Below are positions 57,474 through 64,000 of a stretch of DNA of 64,000 bases, piece after piece. The notes under the pieces are model-generated. The model was not told the DNA's origin. It made no database searches and worked only from the letters and a program-made list of their open reading frames with translations. The DNA lies in IMG/VR virus record IMGVR_UViG_3300042526_000402, positions 1 through 64,000 of that record; one strand, written 5' to 3'. Every line of letters starts with the position of its first letter. The first letter of the stretch is position 1. Position numbers and translations under genes: made by a program. Origin of the DNA: a virus.

Positions 57474-58115
57474 ATGGCTTTAAATTCAGTGTATAGGAAG
57501 TATTTCCAAAAATCTCAGGTGTTTGTATATCCGCTCCTGGGTATTAAAAGAGGCGCAGCATATGTTCCTAAAGCAACTTATGTAGCTTGGGAAGAAAATT
57601 GCACGTCCTCTGAGGATATGAAACTAATATGTGTGTATGACAATGATGGTTCAAATACTTTTGAAGTATTTGTAAAATCTGTTTTACTTAAACATGCTAG
57701 ATTATTTGGGTATGTGAAAGCTGACTCAAAAACTAGTGTGTTCACATTTGAGTTTTCTGATTTAAGTGATGACTGGGTAAATTTTCTGATGGGAAGGTAT
57801 AGTAAAATAAATCTGAATTTAAAAGCTAAAATTTTAAACTTTTTTGATCCACAAAGTGGTAATTACCAATATATAAAAAGTTATTTGTATCCTGAAAAAT
57901 ACTATAATGAGTATGCAGATTTGTTAAATACTAATGTGGAACTACTGAAATCTGTTGTTGAATTATGTACTAAACCTGACTTAGCTAAAGAAACTCTACA
58001 ATTAGAGATAGCTAATTTAGGAAGTATGGAAGAATCTGCAGTAAATTTGTTAATTAATAATTTAAATAATAACTATGAACAACTCAATGATGATTGTCCA
58101 AGCAACTTGGAATGA
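57474..58115 (+). CDS. Hypothetical protein
   Basis: 213 aa; F.YPLLG, F..GRYSK motifs. Confidence 0.6.
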   Translation: MALNSVYRKYFQKSQVFVYPLLGIKRGAAYVPKATYVAWEENCTSSEDMKLICVYDNDGSNTFEVFVKSVLLKHARLFGYVKADSKTSVFTFEFSDLSDDWVNFLMGRYSKINLNLKAKILNFFDPQSGNYQYIKSYLYPEKYYNEYADLLNTNVELLKSVVELCTKPDLAKETLQLEIANLGSMEESAVNLLINNLNNNYEQLNDDCPSNLE

Positions 58116-58446
58116 AACACAAACTTTTAGATTAATCCCAATTGCGACAGAGTGTCCATATGTGGAATGTATCTTTGATCCAGCTACAAAAGTATTTGTA
58201 ATTATATCTAAGATCACTAAACAAAGTTTACACATGTTGCCTAAAATGGATGAAAATGGTGATCCAGTTGCATGTAAAGTAAAAAGACCTAATGGTAGAA
58301 ACTTTAAAGAAGAGAGAAACAAAATTGAAGTTTTTCAAGAGTATTATGTTGAAGATAGAATTGCTATTGAAGATTTAATTAATCTTTTTGCAATCAATGC
58401 TTCCACATTTGACTACAAAGCTTTTACGGAAGCAGAGACAAAGTAA
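58075..58446 (+). CDS. Hypothetical protein
   Basis: 123 aa; TF.LIP...CPYVE.IFDP; TAAATTTG promoter at 58042. Confidence 0.65.
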   Translation: MNNSMMIVQATWNETQTFRLIPIATECPYVECIFDPATKVFVIISKITKQSLHMLPKMDENGDPVACKVKRPNGRNFKEERNKIEVFQEYYVEDRIAIEDLINLFAINASTFDYKAFTEAETK

Positions 58447-58457
58447 TTAATTAAATT

Positions 58458-58547
58458 GCTTATTTGGTGTAAGGAGGAATGAATACTCTACATGGTTTTA
58501 ACATGCTAACTTGTTAGTGGATAAGGGTTAGAATCCCTTAATAAGCA
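58458..58547 (+). tRNA. Atypical tRNA-like gene (anticodon loop GT-TTT-AA, long variable arm)
   Basis: Acceptor GCTTATT/AATAAGC+A; D stem GTGT/ATAC; CATG/CATG anticodon stem; CTAAC/GTTAG extra arm; T arm AAGGG-TTAGAAT-CCCTT. Confidence 0.6.
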
Positions 58548-58588
58548 ATTTTAACTTAACGGGGAGACAGCTTAACTGAATAAATCCT

Positions 58589-60574
58589 ATGAAAACCAAC
58601 TATGTACACGACTATGAAACACTCAAGAATTGTTTCATTGGAGTCTTTGAGGATGTAAAATCTGAGAATAAAAAAATATTTGTGTGTCATGAATCCAGAA
58701 ATGATATCTTTGATTTAATAACATTTTTAGAACACAACATTGCCTATAATGAATGGCATATAAGCTTTAATGGTTTAGCATTTGATGCTCAAATAACAGA
58801 GCATATTCTTAGAAATAAGAGAATGCTGCTTTCTAGCAATGGAGACAAGATAGCAAGATTTCTTTATTACAAAGCACAAGATGTAATTTCAAGACAGAAC
58901 AGAGGAGAATTTGCAGAGTTTAAACCTAAGCAAATTAAAATCAATCAGATTGATTTGTTTAAACTTAATCACTGGGATAATCCAGCTAAAAGAAGTTCAC
59001 TAAAGTGGATTCAGTATACAATGGATTGGGCTAACATAGTAGATATGCCAATTCACCACACTAAAGAAATTACTGCACAAGAAGTAGACACTGTTATTAG
59101 TTACTGTATTAATGATGTCAAGTCTACTAAAGCTATTTTGATGTTATCTAAGAGTCAGATTGATCTCCGGAAAAATCTAACTATGGAGTATAATATTGAT
59201 TTATTCAGTGCCTCTGAACCAAGAATTTCTAAAGAATTGTTTTTGCATTTCTTGAGTGAAAAAACTGGATACAAAAAATGGGACCTAAAAGAACTCAGAA
59301 CTTATAGAAGCCTCATAAAATTTGAAGATATTATTCTTCCTTACACAAAGTTTGAGACAGCAACATTTCAAAATTTACTAAAGAAGTTTAAGGAGATTGA
59401 ATTAGATCCGATGTATACCAAAGGAGGGTTTAAGTATTCTGTGCAATATAAGGGTGTGAAAACAGATTTTGGTCTGGGTGGTGTTCATGGAGCTAGAACA
59501 GCTGGTGTATATGAATCAGATGATGATATGGTAATCATGTCTTCAGATGTTGTCAGTTATTATCCAAACTTAGCTATTAGAAATAAATGGGCCCCTTATC
59601 ACCTTCCTAAAGCAGAATTCTGTGATCTGTATGAATGGTTCTTTAATGAAAGAAAGAAAATAAGCAAGAAGGATCCAAAGAACTATGTATATAAGATTAT
59701 CCTTAACTCAACTTATGGTTTGAGTAATGATGAGAATAGTTTTCTGTATGATCCAGAGTTCACAATGAGGATCACTGTTAATGGTCAGCTAAGTCTAATG
59801 ATGCTGTATGAGATGATTTGTGAAGAGATTCCAGACGTTACTCCGCTAATGCAGAATACAGATGGTCTAGAGACAATGATTCCTAGAAAGTATTATGATA
59901 AGTATATGGAAATATGTGAGAGATGGCAGAATATAACTAATCTGCAGCTGGAGCATGATACATATAGTAAAGTAATACTTGGTGATGTAAATAATTACAT
60001 TGCTGTAACTGAAAGAAAGAAAATAGACAAAGAAGTTTATGAGGAACTCAAGAAAAAAGTCCCTTATGATGTCTATGAAGAAATTAATGGAGAATATTTC
60101 TTTAAAGCAACTAAGTCCAAGGGCAGATTTGAGTTTAGTAATCTAGCATTACATAAAAACAAAAGCTTCTTGATTATTCCAAAGGCTATATTTATGTATT
60201 TTGTACATGGAATAAAACCTGAAGATTACTTTCTTACAGAAAACAACATATTTGATTACTGTGGTGGTGTTAAAATCAAAGGGAATTGGGAATTTGTAGA
60301 ACACTATGTAGATAAGGGTGATTATACAAAAAACAAATTACAACATACTTTGAGGTATTACATCTCTAATACTGGTAGTAAGATAATCAAAGAAAACAAA
60401 GATGACAAGCGGGAAATTCAGATAGAAGCTGGACGCTGGTTGCAAACAGTTTATGTAAAACATGTAGAAACACCATTTGAAGAATATGGTATTAATCTGA
60501 AATATTATTCAGATAAGGTTTATAAAGAGATACAATCTCTTGAACCACTAGTTACTCAATTAAAATTATTTTGA
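58589..60574 (+). CDS. polB: DNA polymerase family B
   Basis: Exonuclease DYET, FNG..FD, YC.NDV; polymerase SDVVSYYP, KIILNSTYG, NTDG, DVNNY. Confidence 0.92.
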   Translation: MKTNYVHDYETLKNCFIGVFEDVKSENKKIFVCHESRNDIFDLITFLEHNIAYNEWHISFNGLAFDAQITEHILRNKRMLLSSNGDKIARFLYYKAQDVISRQNRGEFAEFKPKQIKINQIDLFKLNHWDNPAKRSSLKWIQYTMDWANIVDMPIHHTKEITAQEVDTVISYCINDVKSTKAILMLSKSQIDLRKNLTMEYNIDLFSASEPRISKELFLHFLSEKTGYKKWDLKELRTYRSLIKFEDIILPYTKFETATFQNLLKKFKEIELDPMYTKGGFKYSVQYKGVKTDFGLGGVHGARTAGVYESDDDMVIMSSDVVSYYPNLAIRNKWAPYHLPKAEFCDLYEWFFNERKKISKKDPKNYVYKIILNSTYGLSNDENSFLYDPEFTMRITVNGQLSLMMLYEMICEEIPDVTPLMQNTDGLETMIPRKYYDKYMEICERWQNITNLQLEHDTYSKVILGDVNNYIAVTERKKIDKEVYEELKKKVPYDVYEEINGEYFFKATKSKGRFEFSNLALHKNKSFLIIPKAIFMYFVHGIKPEDYFLTENNIFDYCGGVKIKGNWEFVEHYVDKGDYTKNKLQHTLRYYISNTGSKIIKENKDDKREIQIEAGRWLQTVYVKHVETPFEEYGINLKYYSDKVYKEIQSLEPLVTQLKLF

Positions 60575-60575
60575 C

Positions 60576-61760
60576 ATGCCAAAAAGAATTAGCGAGTGTA
60601 GCAAAGCACATTTAATTAATGTGCCATTACCACAACACGGATCAACTTATACAGTAATCAGCCACCAATTTGTGATTGATTATGTTCATCAAGCCCTAGC
60701 ACTTGCAGGGTTTAACATTTTACATGAAGAATATAGATGTACTGCAGACGGTCAGATAGCTCAAGGGATTCATAAGTTAGCTTATAATAGTGATCCTGAA
60801 CTATCAATGATGTTTGCTTGGACTAATAGCTACAACAAACAGATTAAATTTAAATGTATTGTTGGTGCATATATTGAAACTACCAGCACTGTGATGGTAT
60901 CCGGTGACATGGGAGTTTGGATTAGAAAGCATATGGGTACTGCAGATACTGAGACTAAAGATACAATTGATGAGCAAATTAAAAATGCACATCAGTATTA
61001 CAATCAGTTGTTGTCCGATAAGAATGAGATGATTGACAAGACTCTGGATCTTAGGAAAAAAGCTCAACTTTTAGGTATTTTGTTTGCTGAGTATGGTATT
61101 TTAACTACTGAGCAAGCTAGTATTGTAAAGAACTTTATTGATAGACCAATGAAGAACTTTACAAATCCTAATAGTTTGTGGACTTTCTATAATGCAATCA
61201 CTATTGCTTTACAACAGTCACATCCTAGAACTTGGATGGAAGACCAAAGAGTATTACACTATTTTATAGATAACATCTACAAATTTCCTAAACAAGTTTT
61301 CACAGCTCCTGTAGCTGTTATTGAACCCGTAGAAGATGTAGTAGAAGAAACTGTTACCTCAGAAGCTTCTGAAGAAATTCCGGATCCTAATCAAATAAGC
61401 ATCTTTGATGTTATTGCGGAAGTTGAAGAAGAAGAAGTAGCTGTTTGTCCTCCACCAGCTGAAGTTATTGAAGAACCAGAAGTAGAAAGTGAATTTGCTG
61501 TTGAAGATAATGTTGATGAAGTTGTTATCTACACAGATCCTGCAGGAAATACATTTGAAGCTCCGCTGTTAGAAGATGTAGTAACACACAAGGTATTTGT
61601 TAATCCTTCAGAAGAACCAAAAACTGAAAAATTATCACTTGATGATATTTTAATAAGATTACCAAATGAAGAAAAAGCTAAAGAAGAACCAGATTTTTCA
61701 TTAGACTTTAGTTCTTCAGATGAAGAAAAAGATTCTGATTTCATACCTGATTTGTTTTAA
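60576..61760 (+). CDS. DUF932-like protein with acidic tail
   Basis: TY..ISH, NSYNK, RKH.G, SLW.FYNA.T. Confidence 0.6.
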   Translation: MPKRISECSKAHLINVPLPQHGSTYTVISHQFVIDYVHQALALAGFNILHEEYRCTADGQIAQGIHKLAYNSDPELSMMFAWTNSYNKQIKFKCIVGAYIETTSTVMVSGDMGVWIRKHMGTADTETKDTIDEQIKNAHQYYNQLLSDKNEMIDKTLDLRKKAQLLGILFAEYGILTTEQASIVKNFIDRPMKNFTNPNSLWTFYNAITIALQQSHPRTWMEDQRVLHYFIDNIYKFPKQVFTAPVAVIEPVEDVVEETVTSEASEEIPDPNQISIFDVIAEVEEEEVAVCPPPAEVIEEPEVESEFAVEDNVDEVVIYTDPAGNTFEAPLLEDVVTHKVFVNPSEEPKTEKLSLDDILIRLPNEEKAKEEPDFSLDFSSSDEEKDSDFIPDLF

Positions 61761-61780
61761 TAGTTAATTTTTATTTTTTT

Positions 61781-61808
61781 TAGAGGTAGGAAACTGCCTC
61801 TTTTTTTA
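61781..61808 (+). terminator. Intrinsic terminator
   Basis: AGAGGTAG-gaaa-CTGCCTCT-T tract. Confidence 0.7.
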
Positions 61809-61946
61809 TCTTTACAAAATGAAATTTTTAATTATTATACTTATGCTAACTTCATGTGCAACTACCAGTGAGTATAGCTGGAAGATGAAAAAAACACATA
61901 AGGAAAGTAAGAAAATGTTCCGCAAAGTACAAAGATCAAGAAAGTA

Positions 61947-62360
61947 TTGAATAAAATAATGAGAAAGAAAACTATTGAGATTGTTCAATTAATTCAGATA
62001 CCCTTAATAAATCAAGATTTTATGTTTATTTATGGTGTTAAGGATTATAAAAGATTAAGTACTTATTTTATTGGTCAACATGAATTAGCAAAAAGAGTCT
62101 ATGCTGACTTTGATAAAACTAGTTTATATACAGATGCATATGTTGAATGCTATACAGAAGAAGATGATAGTTTCTATTTAAGCTTTGTTCTTAAAAAAGT
62201 TGAATTAGGAATTATTATACATGAGATAACACATCTTATGCAGCATATCAGAACCCGCTTTTTTCCAAATGGAATAGAAAGAGAGTTTGAAGCTTATCTT
62301 ACTGAATGGATATTTAATGAAATATATAAGATATTAAAAGATAATAAACTAATACAGTAA
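61947..62360 (+). CDS. HExxH zincin-like small protein
   Basis: IIIHEITH...E.EAYL.EWI. Confidence 0.65.
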   Translation: MNKIMRKKTIEIVQLIQIPLINQDFMFIYGVKDYKRLSTYFIGQHELAKRVYADFDKTSLYTDAYVECYTEEDDSFYLSFVLKKVELGIIIHEITHLMQHIRTRFFPNGIEREFEAYLTEWIFNEIYKILKDNKLIQ

Positions 62361-62362
62361 TC

Positions 62363-62542
62363 ATGGAAGAACAACAAATTAAAAACCAAATTGAAGAGTA
62401 TAAGAAACTCTTAACAGGTGATCTTTTTGCTGATAGTGATATTCAGCAAAAAATTTATGATTTAAAAAAACAATTAAACCCAAGAATTGAAGAGCATCCT
62501 GAAGAGGATGATGATGAGGGTTGTTCAAACTGCGGAAGCTAA
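62363..62542 (+). CDS. 59-aa protein ending in acidic stretch plus CSNCGS
   Basis: Translated by hand: MEEQQIKNQIEEYKKLLTGDLFADSDIQQKIYDLKKQLNPRIEEHPEEDDDEGCSNCGS. Confidence 0.7.
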   Translation: MEEQQIKNQIEEYKKLLTGDLFADSDIQQKIYDLKKQLNPRIEEHPEEDDDEGCSNCGS

Positions 62543-62548
62543 ATTATT

Positions 62549-63103
62549 ATGGAAACAGCAAAAAAACAAGACCTAGACATATCACAAGAAGATTCAATTA
62601 GAATAGTCAGAATTGTTGTAAAATGTTCTGACTTATTATCTGACTATGATTTATTAGCTGATAAAATAGAGAAGAAAAATGCAAAGTATGTTAAGCATGA
62701 ACTTAAAAATATAACTTTAGAATTAGGAGAGTTTGTTGATAAATTTAGTGGAGCTTTTTTAGTTCCTTTTGTTAAAACAGATGATGAGCTACAAATGGAA
62801 TTACAAAAGTCATTTAGTGCTTTTTCTAAAAACATAAATGTAAAAAACCCTGAATTAACAGCTTTAATATTACTTTACATCAAATGTAAATCTATTTTAG
62901 ATGATATATTTGAAATGGAACATGCTGATAAATTCTTAGGTTTACTTATAGAAATGTGTAAGCTTTTTTGTGAGACTGTTGAGAAAAAATATGTCTTTAT
63001 TAAAGACTTAAAGGATCCTAAATCTGGATATACAGTTGAAATGTTAGCAAATGCTATGAGTGAGTTAGGTAAAAAAATAATGTATGGAGAAAAACCAGAA
63101 TAA
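62549..63103 (+). CDS. Helical hypothetical protein
   Basis: 184 aa ORF. Confidence 0.6.
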   Translation: METAKKQDLDISQEDSIRIVRIVVKCSDLLSDYDLLADKIEKKNAKYVKHELKNITLELGEFVDKFSGAFLVPFVKTDDELQMELQKSFSAFSKNINVKNPELTALILLYIKCKSILDDIFEMEHADKFLGLLIEMCKLFCETVEKKYVFIKDLKDPKSGYTVEMLANAMSELGKKIMYGEKPE

Positions 63104-63110
63104 CAAAAAT

Positions 63111-63767
63111 ATGAAAGTAGAATTAATTAACTATTTTGGAGATGTCCAAATGGTGGCGGAAGTTGCCCGTGTAAGTTATGATAAATCAGCTATTAATTAT
63201 ACACAAGAACAAAACAACAAACTTATAAAATACTTGTGGAAGCATAATCACACAAGTCCTTTTAGACATTTATCATTGCAGTTTAGAATCACATGCCCTA
63301 TCTATGTAGAGCGTCAGTTAGCAAAACACCAGGTAGGAATATCAATTAACAGTATTTCAGGCAGATATGTGGATTTCTCCGATACCTATACTCTGATTGA
63401 TGAATGGAGAGAGCAAAGTAAAGATAGTAAACAAGGTAGTGCAGGTTCATTAGATTATGAAGGACAAGAAGCTTGTAATATTATTGAGCATAATGTGTAT
63501 CAAACATGTAAGAAAGCTTATGCTGATTTAATTAAGTTGGGTGTTTCTAAAGAACAAGCAAGAACAATACTACCTCTTAACTTGAATACAACATTTATTT
63601 GGACAGGTAGTTTTCTTGCCTTCATACATATGTGTATATTGAGACTTAAACCAGATGCTCAGTATGAAACAAGAAAAGTTGTTGATGCTATGTTAACTGC
63701 TGTAAGAGAGATTCCGGGAAACCCTTATGAACAATTATTAGAAATTATAGATTCAGAATTAATATAA
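63111..63767 (+). CDS. thyX: Flavin-dependent thymidylate synthase
   Basis: ARVSY, HTSPF, RQL.KH...N..S.RY, EQAR..LP, LR....AQ.E.R. Confidence 0.92.
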   Translation: MKVELINYFGDVQMVAEVARVSYDKSAINYTQEQNNKLIKYLWKHNHTSPFRHLSLQFRITCPIYVERQLAKHQVGISINSISGRYVDFSDTYTLIDEWREQSKDSKQGSAGSLDYEGQEACNIIEHNVYQTCKKAYADLIKLGVSKEQARTILPLNLNTTFIWTGSFLAFIHMCILRLKPDAQYETRKVVDAMLTAVREIPGNPYEQLLEIIDSELI

Positions 63768-63772
63768 GCAAA

Positions 63773-63982
63773 ATGAATTTTTTAAGATATTTAATAATTA
63801 ATGGTGTTCAAAGATGGGGCTCATTTATGTGGGTGGGAACTCATGTAAGTATGACTCAAACTGATTGGCATTGGATATTAGAAACTATCTTATGTATTGG
63901 CTTAGACATAATTTTGGTTATGGGTTTGTATTTAGAGTGGGTAGAACATAAAAAAAATAATAATAATGAAAAAACAAATTGA
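63773..63982 (+). CDS. Small membrane protein
   Basis: 69 aa, hydrophobic. Confidence 0.5.
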   Translation: MNFLRYLIINGVQRWGSFMWVGTHVSMTQTDWHWILETILCIGLDIILVMGLYLEWVEHKKNNNNEKTN

Positions 63983-64000
63983 ATCAGTAAGAGAGTTCCA

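Larger units (their letters stand above)
19248..58049. promoter_or_regulatory. Dispersed Bacteroidota-type -7 promoter elements TAnnTTTG (minus: 19248, 29128, 29605, 29860; plus: 46082, 58042)
   Basis: Match the Bacteroidota housekeeping sigma consensus; five lie just upstream of gene starts, and 29860 precedes a non-coding segment. Confidence 0.55.

Noticed and set aside
58523-58531. Reverse copy of CTAACCCTT
   Set aside because: Falls in the T arm of the tRNA-like gene; probably coincidental.
58458-58547. Reading the tRNA-like gene as a TTA suppressor or Leu(TAA)
   Set aside because: The only good stem (CATG/CATG) centres TTT in the 7-nt loop.
11069-60574. Introns or inteins in terL, dnaB or polB
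   Set aside because: ORFs are continuous and of ordinary length, with no intein motifs seen.
30231-62835. Minus-strand ORFs in the right arm other than 45753-46064
   Set aside because: Nested antisense to, or overlapping, plus-strand genes.
1-64000. Stop-codon reassignment as seen in some crAss-like phages
   Set aside because: Terminase, portal, capsid and PolB are full length in the standard code, and TAG and TGA both end genes at plausible boundaries.

Overview
AT-rich, gene-dense 64 kb segment of a crAss-like (Crassvirales-type) tailed phage, most likely infecting an environmental Bacteroidota host (TAnnTTTG promoters, A-rich leaders without Shine-Dalgarno). The standard genetic code gives full-length ORFs. 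Left arm (1-29.6 kb, minus strand): late and virion genes, including terminase, portal, scaffold-like protein, major capsid, a run of small basic proteins, adaptor, lysis genes and tail fibre/appendage genes. It also carries a small accessory operon with GroES, DUF3310 and three candidate nucleotide-signal sponge proteins. Right arm (30.1-64 kb, plus strand): early genes, then replication and metabolism genes (SF2 and DnaB helicases, primase, PolB, UDG, ThyX, SplB-like radical SAM, ClpS, vWA/MoxR pair). The most unusual part is the strand-switch region, 29.6-33.5 kb. It has a C-tract island followed by six CTAACCCTT promoter-like boxes that define short terminator-bounded cassettes. Several cassettes are non-coding and hold repeated structured RNA folds: a tRNA-shaped element in two copies with four compensatory base-pair changes, and a second hairpin/pseudoknot motif in two copies. 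A Csx20-like ring-nuclease candidate and a Janus/PHPT1-like protein flank one RNA cluster. All family assignments come from motif recognition by eye; no database search was run.
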